The notes beneath the pieces were generated by a model. The model did not search any database and was not told the origin of the DNA. It was given only the letters and a program-made list of their open reading frames with translations. Shown one piece after another: positions 12,240 to 26,085 of a DNA stretch of 64,000 nt (positions are counted from its first letter, which is position 1; every line of letters begins with the position of its first letter). Source of the stretch: Heterodontus francisci. Its lineage: Eukaryota. The stretch lies in contig NC_090404.1 in assembly GCF_036365525.1 (NCBI RefSeq), positions 13,358,550 to 13,422,549 on the forward strand. The letters are read 5' to 3'. Both the position numbers and the translations under genes were made by a program.

Positions 12240-13280
12240 TGTTATGACACTGAAGAGAAGTGCAGCGATGAAAATACAGAACCAAACAGAAGAGTTATAA
12301 AAATTATAACAATCTTAAAAGACTGATACATTTGTTGTCACCAAAATGGAGGATGTGTCACATGACCCAAACCATCTGCATTCAAGTCTACTAGAACTGA
12401 AACCAATTAACTCAGTCTGTGTGGAAATGAGACAGCTTATCACACATGGATGTGAGCTATACACAAAGAGTGCTAAGACAAAGGCATTCCCCAGACTATA
12501 CGTCTCCAGCTACCCTCACCACAATAGAGTGTGAGCAGCCCTCATGTTATCAAAATGGGGCCATCAAAAACTTTCAAGATCTGAAATCTAAAGTCACATT
12601 GGCAAAACTAACACTTGTGAGTTCACCTTTAAAGGTAATCATTTTGAAGAACAAAGAAGTCTTTTCAGTTCAAAACATCAGTCATTGACATCACTGTGGG
12701 CTCTCTAGCTACGCGGCCAACATCAAAAGACGTCTTGAATTCCAGCACAAGGTTGAGAGGGAGAGAGAGATTAGTTCCATGTAACACCGTTGAACCCTGC
12801 TGAGACAAGTTGGAAGCCAACTGTCAGAGAACAGAGAGTGCCTTTTAATCAACTCCTTCACCTGTGAAAACTGAACTAAGAAATCAGCACCATCTTCAAG
12901 CTGAAGTCTTCAGCAACCCAGCAAATACAAGTCAACCAGCAAACGGGCCTGCAACTTTAAAATTCACCTTCCAAGAGGATCCCACAGGTTTTACCTGAAA
13001 CAATAGACTTTTACACCATGAACATATAACACCTCTTGCCCTTTGCCTTCTATCAATCTTCTCGAGTGTGCATGTGAGAGTGAATGCGTGAGTGGGTGGT
13101 GTTGCAAATATTTCCGGTGATGAGTATTGTTCAATAAATATTTAACCTTCTGTTTTTAAACCTATGAGGAAACCTGTCACTCTCTGTTTATTTGGCAAAT
13201 GAAACACAGGGACTGAAACACTAGTAATACAAAAAACACTGGTCAGTGGGAGGTAAAAAATGAAACAAGCCACGCTATTT
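12240..13280 (+). mobile_element. Insertion in the ZNF 3' UTR, LTR-like
   Basis: Begins TGTTATG, contains AATAAA; homology to the 3' UTR of the paralogous ZNF stops at 12240 and resumes at about 13283. No clean TSD or terminal CA confirmed. Confidence 0.4.
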
Positions 13281-13719
13281 CCCATTGGGGTCTGTTTCTG
13301 CTGATGTTAATTCCAATATCTGGGCTGGAGTTTAAGGATCTGGATCAGGGTTATCTACTATATGGCCCGTGGGCCAGAGCCTGGCCGGCTGAAGGTTTTC
13401 CATCTGGCCCACCAATCTGCCTGTGACTTGGCTCTGATTGACAGCTCCCCTGCATGTCAGGTGGAGAGTGCAGGTGGGATCTGCATCTGACACAGAAGGG
13501 ACCCCTGTCTATGATTGCTCACTCCCTGTGGCTGACGGGCTGCCCAAGCGGCATTAGCGCTGATTGGTGGAATGCGGCACAAGCACCCTGGGATTGGCCG
13601 CCCCTGTTGCTTTCGCACAATTCAGTAAATATCCTGTATCCTGCACACTGGACAGGTTCCCGCCTCTGCTTGCTCCAACTTAAATAAAACAGCCATGGTA
13701 AATACATGGTAGTGGGAAT

Positions 13720-14015
13720 GGCTGCTGCGTGGAACATGGAGTGGGGAGTGAGGAGCAGGAAACACGGAGTGAGGAACGGGGAACATGGATCAGGCAGCGG
13801 GAACATAGAGCACAGAGTGGGGAGCATGGATGTGGAACATGGAGTAGGTAGTGGGAATGTGGAGCATGGAGCAGGGAACATGGAGAGGGGAGCACAGAGT
13901 GGAGAACACAGAGAATAGATTGGGGAACATGGATCAGGGAGAGTGGAACACGGAGCACAGAGTGGGAAACACAAAGCAGGGAGTGAACACGGAGCTGGGA
14001 ACACAGAACAGAGTG
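13720..14015. repeat. Degenerate short-period repeat (ggaacatgga / gagcacaga variants)
   Basis: Repeated ggaacatgg/gcacagagt motifs directly adjoining the CR1 3' tail. Confidence 0.6.
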
Positions 14016-15720
14016 GAAACATAGGAGTAGGCCATTCAGCCCATCGAGCCTGCTCAGCCATTCAATATGATCATGGTTGATCATCCACTTCAATGACTTT
14101 TCCCCACACTATCCTCATATTCCCTTATGTCATTTGTATTTAGAAATCTGTAAATCTCTGCTTTAACCAACCTCAATGACTGAGCTTCCACTGCCCTCTG
14201 GGGTAGAGAATTCCAAAGATTCACAACCCTATGAGTAAAGAAATTTCTCCTAATCTCTGTCCTAAGTGGCTTCCCCCTTATTTTGAAATTGTTTTCCCTG
14301 GTTCTAGGCTCCTCAGCCAGGGGAAACATCTTAGCTTCATCTACCCTGTCTATCCCTTTAAGTATTTTGTAAGTTTCAATGAGATCACCTCTCATTCTTT
14401 GAATCTCTTAAGAGAATACAGGCCCAATTTCCCCAATCTCTCTTCATAGGATAGTCCCGCCATCCCGGGAATAAATTTGGTGAATCTTCGTTACGCTCCC
14501 TCTATGGCAATAATATCCTTCCGAAGGTGATGGGACCAAAACTGCTCACGTACTCCAAGTGCGGTCTAACCAAGGTTCCATACAATTGAAGCAAGACTTC
14601 ACTACTCCTATACTCAAATCCTCTTGCGATTAAAGGCTAACATACTATTCGCCTTCTTAATTGTTTGCTGCACCTGCATGTTAGCTTTCAGTGACTTATT
14701 GTCAAGGACACCCAGGTCCCTTTGTACGTCTGAACTTTCTAATCTCTTACCATTTACGAAATACTCTGCACATCTATTCCTCCTACCAAAGTGGATAACC
14801 TCATATTTTTCCACATTATATTCCATTTGCCACATTCTTGTCCACTCACTAAGTCTGTCCAAATCCCCTTGAAGCCGCTTTGAATCTACCTCACAACACA
14901 CATTCCCACCTAGTTTTGTGTCATCTGCGAACTTGGAAATATTACATTTGGTCCTTGTGAACATCTGGGGCTCAAGCACTGATCCCAGCCACACCCCACT
15001 AGTCACAGCCTGCCAACGCAAGAATGACCCATTTATTCCTACTCTGCTTTCTGCCTGTTATCCAATCCTTAATCCATGCTAATATATTACCTCCTATCCC
15101 ATGTACTTTAATTTTGCTAAACAACCACCTGTGGGGGCCTTTATGAAAAGCCTTCTGGAAATCCAAGTATAGCACATCCCCACCAACTCTCCTTTATCAA
15201 TTCTGTCAGTAACATCCTCAAAAAACCTCCAACAGGTTCATCAAACATGATTTCCCATTCATAAATCCATGTTAACTGTGCCCAATCAGATCATTATTAT
15301 CCAAGTGTCCATTTATCACATCCTTTAGAATAGACTCTAGCATTTTCCCAACGACTGATGTAAGGCTAACAGGTCTGTAATTCCCTGTTTTCTCTCTTCC
15401 TCCCTTCTTAAATAGTGGGGTGACATTTGCGACCTTCCAATCTGCAGGAACTGTTCCAGAATCTATAGAATTTTGGAAGATGATCACCAATGCATCCACT
15501 ATCTCCATAACTACCTCTTGCAACACTCTGGGATGTAAAATATCAGGTCCTGGGGACTTATCAACCTTCAGCCCCATTAATTTCTCCAATACAACCTCCT
15601 TAACAATACTAATTTCCTACAAATCCTCATTCTCCTTAATTCCTTGGATCTCTAATTCTGGGAGATTTCTTGTATTTTCCTCAGCGAAGACAGACACAAA
15701 GTAATCATTTAGCTTCTCTG
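14016..15720 (-). mobile_element. 5'-truncated CR1 LINE (ORF2 RT), junction at the RSS of the adjacent V gene
   Basis: KSPGPDILHPRVL, NYRPVSLTSVVGKMLE, KFADDTKLGG, RGDLIETYKIL; 5' end reads EKLNDYFVSVFAEE. Confidence 0.92.
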
Positions 15721-15750
15721 GCAGGGGTGAGACTGCTTTCCATCACTATG

Positions 15751-16202
15751 AGTCTGAAGGCGCAGTAATACACGGCAGCGTCAGTCAGCTGCAGCCCCGA
15801 GATGGTTAAACTGGTGAATTTAGTCGCGGTCTGGAGCTCAGCAGAGAAACGGACTCCAAAACCTTCGCCTCTCTCTTGCTCTGTTTCCCAAGACCGTCTC
15901 CACACAACAAACTGGGGCTCTTTCTCTGTGTGTTGCCGGTACCAATATAAATAATACCAGACTGCAGTGGTATTATAGGTACATCTGATAGCCACCTCTT
16001 CACCTTCTCTCCCGCTCTCTGAAGGCTGGGACTGAGTAACAGAATCGCCAGCACTCTGATCTGTAACATGTGTTCAGGGAGAAGACAAGATCGAGAATTA
16101 AAAGGCGTTACTGAAATAATATTAACACAGTCGTTTGGACGCGACACACCTGAAGTCATCCTTACCAAGAATAAACACAACCCAGGCGCTGAATATCCGC
16201 AT
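15751..16202 (-). pseudogene. TRAV/TRDV: TCR alpha/delta V segment, open reading frame but defective RSS
   Basis: Leader exon 16166-16202 (MRIFSAWVVFIL, gtaag donor); V exon 15751-16060 DQSAGDSVTQSQPS..AIRC..YLYWYRQ..DAAVYYCAFRL; heptamer CATAGTG (15744-15750), 23-nt spacer, nonamer position occupied by CR1 sequence. Confidence 0.9.
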
Positions 16203-17009
16203 GGCCGCTAATGAGACCGAACCTGCCGGTCCCTTTGAAAGGCCAATTCTGGACCGGAACAGACCCCATCAGAGGCTCCTATTGGTACAACGTCACTTCC
16301 TGGTTCAATTGTTCCCCTTGAATGAAGCAATCTCCAGACCACCCGCCATATATTAAAATGAGATTCAAATGAGGGTCAGGGATGATTAAAGCTCCTTTCA
16401 GCCACAGAATGAAATATCTGATGGTGGAGTCAGTCACTCAGTGAGCGCAGTGTATGATGTGAGGGAAGCATCGTCTTCGCTGGGGTTGGGTTTATTTAAC
16501 TGGTCGGAATCAGCTGCACTGAGTGTTTGTTTATGTTTGTGTCAGTGTGTGAAGGCTCATCGAGAGCATTGACGTCATTATCATGCACATTCCCTGTTTT
16601 CCTCTGGTCACTATCCCTAGCAAAACAATGATCGCATTTGAAAAGGATGAGCTTGCGGTTTCGTTTAAACAGTTTTCACAGGAGATTTCCACAGAGCGAC
16701 CAGAGGAAATCTTCTCCTTGTGTGTCCCCAACAGAAGGTTCATCAAACCAGGCCCCGGTCAACCACCTCAGTCTGATGACAAGTAGTGAGTGAAATAAAC
16801 TGAACATCTTCATCTACATTCAAAGCCTGTCTTTATCACTTTGAGATAATATCTTACCGCCATCATCTGACAGTGTTATTAATTTCCCGAAGGGGACTAT
16901 CTGCTGACGCCGTTGGAATATTGTCTGAGTGCAACCAAGGGGAGGCGCCATCCCACTGAAATTAATCAGGATTGGGATTATGGTGGTTATTAACATAGAG
17001 ATTCTTTCA

Positions 17010-17370
17010 TGGGATATGGGTGTTGCCCATCACAAATTGCCCAGGAACTGAGTTCAGAGGGCAGTTTAGTCAACCATATTGCTGTGGGTCTGGAGTCACA
17101 TGTAGGCCAGACCCGGTAAGGACGGCAGATTTCCTTTCCTGAAGGACATCTAGGAAGCAGATGGGTTTTTACCACAATCGATAATAGTTTTTTATGGCGC
17201 CATTACTGAGACTAGCTTTCAATTCCAAATTTTTAAATTCATTTTGTATGAATTAATTGAATTAAACTTCCAGCAGCTGCCTCGGTGGGATTTGAACTCA
17301 GGCCCCTAGGCCATTACCCGGAGCCTCTGGATTGCTAATACAGTGATATTACCACCACGTCACCGCCTCC
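17010..17370 (-). mobile_element. tRNA-derived SINE
   Basis: Reverse complement of 60800-61200 including the B-box-like gttcaaatccc. Confidence 0.65.
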
Positions 17371-18099
17371 CCGTTAAAGTCCTAACCCGGGTTACAGTCC
17401 TATCTCCATGGGTGTGCCCTTCATTCCACATTTTCACATTTAAGGCAGTTTTCGTTCAATTCCTTCGGCGGTTTAAGGTTTTCATTGCATTAGGGATGGA
17501 CAAAAAAATGCTGGTCTTGCCAGCGACGCTTACATCCTAGGAAAGAATAAAAAGAAAATCAGCAACTCATTCACTAGCGTGTGGGGAGGGATTGTGATAG
17601 TGAATATCAGACAATAACTGATGGTTTAATCGGCCTCGCAGCACTGCCGGATGAACCACTGCAAGCTCCTAATGCCGACCCAGATACCTCACTCTCAGCT
17701 GCCTGATCGGAACGACTTTAAATAGCACACGCAAACTGTTTGCTTTATACATAATTTTGGCACACCAACTATTTATCCAATTCCCTTTTGCTTTTGAATA
17801 CTACTATATATTTCTGTTATATATTACTGCTTCTACTGGCCTGTCAGGCAGCGCATTCCAGATCATAACAGCTCATGGCATAAAAATGTTGTTCCTCACG
17901 TCTACAACAACAACTTATATTTATCTAGCGCTGAAAATACAATGGAACGTCCCATCAGCCGGTCGCGTCAGTGATCTTACTGAAACATGATTCCTGCTGA
18001 GGCCGATGCTGTTGAGCACATAGGTCGCCGACTGTTCTGTCAGAACCAGGAATATTACTTTTCACCAATATTAATTACACTCAGATTACGGGACAGCCT

Positions 18100-18640
18100 A
18101 ATTTTAAGACACCATGAATCCTTAGAAATAATCTAATGGTTGAGTTTACTTCAATCCACACTTCAGAGAGGATGTCAAAGCCTTGGAGAGGTTGCAGAGG
18201 AGATTTCATTGAATTGGATTAGGGATGAGAGACTTCAGTTATGCAGAAAGATAAGAGAATCTGGGATTGTTCTCCTTACAGCAGGGAAGCTTATTGGGGG
18301 ATACCTAACAGCGGTGTTCAAAATGTTGCACAGTTTTGATAGTGGTACTAATGAGGTGTTTCCACTGATAGCAATGTCGGTAACCAGAGGACACAGATTA
18401 AATATGAAGCAGGGGAGGGAACGAGGCGATTTAAAAAAATACAGCGCGTTGTTATGAGCTGGAATGAATTCCCTGATTCAGATTCAATAATAATTACTAA
18501 AAGGGGATAGGATAATTACTTGGCGAAGGGAGATTTCCTGGGCTTTGAAGAAAGACCAGGAGAGTGGAACCGATTGGATAGCTGTTTCAAACAGTCGACA
18601 CGATGGGTCGAATGGCCTCCTTCTGTGCTGTCAAACTCTA
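18100..18640 (+). mobile_element. Degraded CR1 3' fragment
   Basis: TRGHRL motif and the CR1 3' hairpin/tail gaatggcctccttctgtgctg. Confidence 0.7.
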
Positions 18641-19174
18641 TTTTTCAATGAATTTCAGTTCCATCAATCAACAGTTTTGCAATTGTGCTCCTGAAATTGC
18701 TATTTGTGACATCAGTGGATGGAAGATGAACAGCAATGACGTTATATAATGTTATTGTAAAATAATAGATATAAAATGCCACCTGAACACATAAAGCATT
18801 GTAATAACAGCTTGGATAAAGTGATTTGACTCTGATTGTGGATTCCACCTCAATTTCAGAACCGGAATATATTAGGTTTCCAATTGGTGCAGTGTTGAAA
18901 GGACACTAACTTATCGGGGACAATCTGAAACAATGATCTCTCCACCGCCCCTTGTCTGTTGAGGTGGGCATTAAGCTCCCATGGTTCCATGCTGTCAATA
19001 TTCCTCCCTTTAACCGAGATCAACAAAATTACATGCACAGGAATTGAAAACTATGCTCTATTGTTGATGTTTATGTGCACAAATCGGCCACATTCATCTG
19101 TAATTAGTTACACTTTAAATAAGTTGGTAATTCCCGCAGAGGGTGATGAGCTGGTGCATCAGTGAATGTTGCAT

Positions 19175-22100
19175 CATTGTACTCAGTCTCACCTTTATCT
19201 GTCTCGCTCTCTTCGTTTCTCTCTGTATCTCTCATTGTACTCAATCTCACCTTTATCTGTCTCGCTCTCTTTGTTTCTCTCTGTATCTCGCATTGTACTC
19301 AGTCTCACCTTTATCTGTCTCGCTCTCTTTGTTTCTCTCTGTGTCTCTCATTGTACTCAGTCTCACCTTTATCTGTCTCGCTCTCTTCGTTTCTCTCTGT
19401 GTCTCTCATTGTACTCAGTCTCACCTTTATCTGTCTCGCTCTCTTCGTTTCTCTCTGTATCTCGCATTGTACTCAGTCTCACCTTTATCTGTCTCGCTCT
19501 CTTCATTTCTCTCTCTATCTCTCATTGTACTCAGTCTCACCTTTATCTGTCTCGCTCTCTTTGTTTCTCTCTGTGTCTCTCATTGTACTCAATCTCACCT
19601 TTATCTGTCTCGCTCTCTTCGTTTCTCTCTGTGTCTCTCATTGTACTCAGTCTCACCTTGATCTGTCTCGCTCTCTTTGTTTCTCTCTGTGTCTCTCATT
19701 GTACTCAATCTCACCTTTATCTGTCTCGCTCTCTTTGTTTCTCGCTGTATCTCTCATTGTACTCAATCTCACCTTTATCTGTCTCGCTCTCTTTGTTTAT
19801 CTCTGTGTCTCGCATTGTACTCAGTCTCACCTTTATCTGTCTCGCTCTCTTCGTTTCTCTCTGTGTCTCTCATTGTACTCAGTCTCACCTTTATCTGTCT
19901 CGCTCTCTTTGTTTCTCTCTGTGTCTCTCATTGTACTCAATCTCACCTTTATCTGTCTCGCTCTCTTCGTTTCTCTCTGTGTCTCTCATTGTACTCAATC
20001 TCACCTTTATCTGTCTCGCTCTCTTCGTTTCTCTCTGTATCTCTCATTGTACTCAGTCTCACCTTTATCTCTCTCGCTCTCTTTGTTTCTCTCTGTGTCT
20101 CTCATTGTACTCAGTCTCACCTTTATCTGTCTCGCTCTCTTTGTTTCTCGCTGTATCTCTCATTGTACTCAATCTCACCTTTATCTGTCTCGCTCTCTTC
20201 GTTTCTCTCTCTATCTCTCATTGTACTCAATCTCACCGTTATCTGTCTCGCTCTCTTCGTTTCTCTGTGTCTCTCATTGGACTCAGTCTCACCTTTATCT
20301 GTCTCGCTCTCTTCGTTTCTCTCTGTGTCTCTCATTGCACTCAGTCTCACCTTTATCTGTCTCGCTCCCTTTGTTTCTCTCTGTGTCTCTCATTGAACTC
20401 AGTCTCACCTTTATCTGTCTCGCTCTCTTTGTTTCTCTGTGTCTCTCATTGTACTCAGTCTCACCTTTATTTGTCTCGCTCTCTTCGTTTCTCTCTCTAT
20501 CTCTCATTGTACTCGATCTCACCTTTATCTGTCTCGCTCTCTTCGTTTCTCTCTGTATCTCTCATTGTACTCAATCTCACCTTTATCTGTCTCGCTCTCT
20601 TCGTTTCTCTCTGTGTCTCTCATTGTACTCAATCTCACCTTTATCTGTCTCGCTCTCTTCGTTTCTCTCTGTGTCTCTCATTGTACTCAGTCTCACCTTT
20701 ATCTGTCTCGCTCTCTTCGTTTCTCTCTGTATCTCTCATTGTACTCAGTCTCACCTTTATCTGTCTCGCTCTCTTTGTTTCTCGCTGTATCTCTCATTGT
20801 ACTCAATCTCACCTTTATCTGTCTTGTTCTCTTTGTTTCTCTCTGTATCTCGCATTGTACTCAGTCTCACCTTTATCTGTCTCGCTCTCTTTGTTTCTCT
20901 CTGTGTCTCTCATTGTACTCAGTCTCACCGTTATCTGTCTCGCTCTCTTCGTTTCTCTCTGTGTCTCTCATTGTACTCAGTCTCACCTTTATCTGTCTCG
21001 CTCTCTTCGTTTCTCTCTGTATCTCGCATTGTACTCAGTCTCACCTTTATCTGTCTCGCTCTCTTCATTTCTCTCTCTATCTCTCATTGTACTCAGTCTC
21101 ACCTTTATCTGTCTCGCTCTCTTTGTTTCTCTCTGTGTCTCTCATTGTACTCAATCTCACCTTTATCTGTCTCGCTCTCTTCGTTTCTCTCTGTGTCTCT
21201 CATTGTACTCAGTCTCACCTTGATCTGTCTCGCTCTCTTTGTTTCTCTCTGTGTCTCTCATTGTACTCAATCTCACCTTTATCTGTCTCGCTCTCTTTGT
21301 TTCTCTCTGTATCTCGCATTGTACTCAGTCTCACCTTTATCTGTCTCGCTCACTTTGTTTCTCTCTGTGTCTCTCATTGTACTCAGTCTCACCTTTATCT
21401 GTCTCGCTCTCTTCGTTTCTCTCTGTGTCTCTCATTGTACTCAGTCTCACCTTTATCTGTCTCGCTCTCTTCATTTCTCTCTGTATCTCGCATTGTACTC
21501 AGTCTCACCTTTATCTGTCTCGCTCTCTTCATTTCTCTCTCTATCTCTCATTGTACTCAGTCTCACCTTTATCTGTCTCGCTCTCTTTGTTTCTCTCTGT
21601 GTCTCTCATTGTACTCAATCTCACCTTTATCTGTCTCGCTCTCTTCGTTTCTCTCTGTGTCTCTCATTGTACTCAGTCTCACCTTGATCTGTCTCGCTCT
21701 CTTTGTTTCTCTCTGTGTCTCTCATTGTACTCAATCTCACCTTTATCTGTCTCGCTCTCTTTGTTTCTCGCTGTATCTCTCATTGTACTCAATCTCACCT
21801 TTATCTGTCTCGCTCTCTTTGTTTATCTCTGTGTCTCGCATTGTACTCAGTCTCACCTTTATCTGTCTCGCTCTCTTCGTTTCTCTCTGTGTCTCTCATT
21901 GTACTCAGTCTCACCTTTATCTGTCTCGCTCTCTTTGTTTCTCTCTGTGTCTCTCATTGTACTCAATCTCACCTTTATCTGTCTCGCTCTCTTCGTTTCT
22001 CTCTGTGTCTCTCATTGTACTCAATCTCACCTTTATCTGTCTCGCTCTCTTCGTTTCTCTCTGTATCTCTCATTGTACTCAGTCTCACCTTTATCTCTCT

Positions 22101-25100
22101 CGCTCTCTTTGTTTCTCTCTGTGTCTCTCATTGTACTCAGTCTCACCTTTATCTGTCTCGCTCTCTTTGTTTCTCGCTGTATCTCTCCTTGTACTCAATC
22201 TCACCGTTATCTGTCTCGCTCTCTTCGTTTCTCTGTGTCTCTCATTGTACTCAATCTCACCTTTATCTGTCTCGCTCTCTTCGTTTCTCTCTGTGTCTCT
22301 CATTGCACTCAGTCTCACCTTTATCTGTCTCGCTCCCTTTGTTTCTCTCTGTGTCTCTCATTGAACTCAGTCTCACCTTTATCTGTCTCGCTCTCTTTGT
22401 TTCTCTCTGTGTCTCTCATTGTACTCAGTCTCACCTTTATTTGTCTCGCTCTCTTCGTTTCTCTCTGTATCTCTCATTGTACTCAATCTCACCTTTATCT
22501 GTCTCGCTCTCTTCGTTTCTCTCTGTGTCTCTCATTGTACTCAGTCTCACCTTTATCTGTCTCGCTCTCTTTGTTTCTCTCTGTGTCTCTCATTGTACTC
22601 AGTCTCACCTTTATCTGTCTCGCTCTCTTCGTTTCTCTCTCTATCTCTCATTGTACTCAATCTCACCTTTATCTGTCTCGCTCTCTTCGTTTCTCTCTGT
22701 ATCTCTCATTGTACTCAATCTCACCTTTATCTGTCTCGCTCTCTTCGTTTCTCTCTGTGTCTCTCATTGTACTCAATCTCACCTTTATCTGTCTCGCTCT
22801 CTTCGTTTCTCTCTGTGTCTCTCATTGTACTCAGTCTCACCTTTATCTGTCTCGCTCTCTTCGTTTCTCTCTGTGTCTCTCATTGTACTCAGTCTCACCT
22901 TTATCTGTCTCGCTCTCTTTGTTTCTCGCTGTATCTCTCATTGTACTCAATCTCACCTTTATCTGTCTCGCTCTCTTTGTTTCTCTCTGTATCTCGCATT
23001 GTACTCAGTCTCACCTTTATCTGTCTCGCTCTCTTTGTTTCTCTCTGTGTCTCTCATTGTACTCAGTCTCACCGTTATCTGTCTCGCTCTCTTCGTTTCT
23101 CTCTGTGTCTCTCATTGTACTCAGTCTCACCTTTATCTGTCTCGCTCTCTTCGTTTCTTTCTGTATCTCGCATTGTACTCAGTCTCACCTTTATCTGTCT
23201 CGCTCTCTTCATTTCTCTCTCTATCTCTCATTGTACTCAGTCTCACCTTTATCTGTCTCGCTCTCTTTGTTTCTCTCTGTGTCTCTCATTGCACTCAATC
23301 TCACCTTTATCTGTCTCGCTCTCTTCGTTTCTCTCTGTGTCTCTCATTGTACTCAGTCTCACCTTGATCTGTCTCGCTCTCTTTGTTTCTCTCTGTGTCT
23401 CTCATTGTACTCAATCTCACCTTTATCTGTCTCGCTCTCTTTGTTTCTCGCTGTATCTCTCATTGTACTCAATCTCACCTTTATCTGTCTCGCTCTCTTT
23501 GTTTCTCTCTGTGTCTCGCATTGTACTCAGTCTCACCTTTATCTGTCTCGCTCTCTTCGTTTCTCTCTGTGTCTCTCATTGTACTCAATCTCACCTTTAT
23601 CTGTCTCGCTCTCTTTGTTTCTCTCTGTGTCTCTCATTGTACTCAGTCTCACCTTTATCTGTCTCGCTCTCTTTGTTTCTCTCTGTGTCTCTCATTGTAC
23701 TCAATCTCACCTTTATCTGTCTCGCTCTCTTCGTTTCTCTCTGTGTCTCTCATTGTACTCAATCTCACCTTTATCTGTCTCGCTCTCTTCGTTTCTCTCT
23801 GTATCTCTCATTGTACTCAGTCTCACCTTTATCTCTCTCGCTCTCTTTGTTTCTCTCTGTGTCTCTCATTGTACTCAGTCTCACCTTTATCTGTCTCGCT
23901 CTCTTTGTTTCTCGCTGTATCTCTCATTGTACTCAATCTCACCTTTATCTGTCTCGCTCTCTTCGTTTCTCTCTCTATCTCTCATTGTACTCAATCTCAC
24001 CGTTATCTGTCTCGCTCTCTTCGTTTCTCTCTGTGTCTCTCATTGTACTCAGTCTCACCTTTATCTGTCTCGCTCTCTTCGTTTCTCTCTGTGTCTCTCA
24101 TTGCACTCAGTCTCACCTTTATCTGTCTCGCTCCCTTTGTTTCTCTCTGTGTCTCTCATTGAACTCAGTCTCACCTTTATCTGTCTCGCTCTCTTTGTTT
24201 CTCTCTGTGTCTGTCATTGTACTCAGTCTCACCTTTATTTGTCTCGCTCTCTTCGTTTCTCTCTGTATCTCTCATTGTACTCAATCTCACCTTTATCTGT
24301 CTCGCTCTCTTCGTTTCTCTCTGTGTCTCTCATTGTACTCAGTCTCACCTTTATCTGTCTCGCTCTCTTCGTTTCTCGCTGTATCTCTCATTGTACTCAG
24401 TCTCACCTTTATCTGTCTTGCTCTCTTTATTTCTCTCTCTATCTCTCATTGTACTCAGTCTCACCTTTATCTGTCTCGCTCTCTTTGTTTCTCTCTGTAT
24501 CTCATTGTACTCAATCTCACCTTTATCTGTCTCGCTCTCTTTGTTTCTCTCTGTGTCTCTCATTGTACTCAGTCTCACCTTTATCTGTCTCACTCTCTTT
24601 GTTTCTCTCTGTATCTCATTGTACTCAATCTCACCTTTATCTGTCTCGCTCTCTTTGTTTCTCTCTGTATCTCATTGTACTCAATCTCACCTTTATCTGT
24701 CTCGCTCTCTTTGTTTCTCTCTCTATCTCTCATTGTACTCAGTCTCACCTTTATCTGTCTCGCTCTCGCCGTTTCTCTCTGTGTCTCTCATTGTACTCAA
24801 TCTCACCTTTATCTGTCTCGCTCTCTTCATTTCTTTCTCTATCTCTCATTGTACTCAGTCTCACCTTTATCTGTCTCGCTCTCTTCGTTTCTCTGTGTCT
24901 CTCATTGTACTCAATCTCACCTTTATCTGTCTCGCTCTCTTTGTTTATCTCTGTGTCTCGCATTGTACTCAGTCTCACCTTTATCTGTCTCGCTCTCGCC
25001 GTTTCTCTCTGTGTCTCTCATTGTACTCAATCTCACCTTTATCTGTCTCGCTCTCTTCATTTCTTTCTCTATCTCTCATTGTACTCAGTCTCACCTTTAT

Positions 25101-25500
25101 CTGTCTCGCTCTCTTCATTTCTCTCTCTATCTCTCATTGTACTCAGTCTCACCTTTATCTGTCTCGCTCTCTTCGTTTCTCTCTGTGTCTCTCATTGTAC
25201 TCAGTCTCACCTTTATCTGTCTCGCTCTCTTCGTTTCTCTCTGTATCTCTCATTGTACTCAATCTCACCTTTATCTGTCTCGCTCTCTTCGTTTCTCTCT
25301 GTATCTCTCATTGTACTCAATCTCACCTTTATCTGTCTCGCTCTCTTTGTTTCTCTCTGTGTCTCTCATTGTACTCAATCTCACCTTTATCTGTCTCGCT
25401 CTCTTTGTTTCTCTCTGTATTTCTCATTGTACTCAGTCTCACCTTTACCTAACACTTTCTGTTGGTGTCTCTCTTTACCACTGTACTCAGTCTCACCTTT
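19175..25500. repeat. 58-bp tandem satellite, about 108 copies, strongly pyrimidine-rich on the + strand
   Basis: Unit cattgtactcagtctcacctttatctgtctcgctctcttcgtttctctctgtgtctct; unit starts at 19175, 19233 etc. Confidence 0.97.
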
Positions 25501-26085
25501 AACTATGCTGCTCAATTGGCAGCTCCGTCAAGGTGTGCAGACAGGCACAGAGTGGATCTATGGAGGGGGCATTCACACTGCAGCACAGCTCTACTAATCA
25601 AACAATTAACCACTGAGAGCAGACAGACACTGAGCTGATGCACCTTGGGGTGCCTCACCCATCCATCTGCACAGGAAGTTGCTCCCGTCTTCATTCATTG
25701 AACCAGACTGGGATAGGCTGATGCACTGGGGGGAGCTTCATTGACCACCATGGGCACAAAAGCTCAGATCACAAACTATTGAGACCAGGCAGGCACTGAA
25801 CTGATCCATCATAAGGTGCCTCACTCATCTACAAAGGTACATTGCTCAGATAGTCAACTGTGGTGTATAGAGAGGGGCTGAGATGATCCACCAAGGGGAG
25901 CTTCACTCATTTGCACAGCAACATTGATGAAAAACTTTAAAAATTGAGAGCAGACATGCGCTGTGTCGATGCACTGAGGGTGCCTCTCAATTGCAGAGGT
26001 ACATTGCTGTAGTGTTCACCATTGAGTATAGAGAGACACTGAACTGATCCCCCGTGGAAGCCTCACCCACTTCCTCTGATAAATT

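Noticed and set aside
16935-16948. CTCF-like CCAAGGGGAGGCGC
   Set aside because: Four mismatches to the core; not counted.
19175-25500. Switch-region-like function of the satellite
   Set aside because: Lacks the AGCT and G-cluster motifs of switch regions, and no constant genes are nearby.
19143-25597. Very long ORFs (up to 1452 aa) in all three + frames
   Set aside because: By-product of a stop-free 58-bp satellite; the same peptide cycles through all frames.
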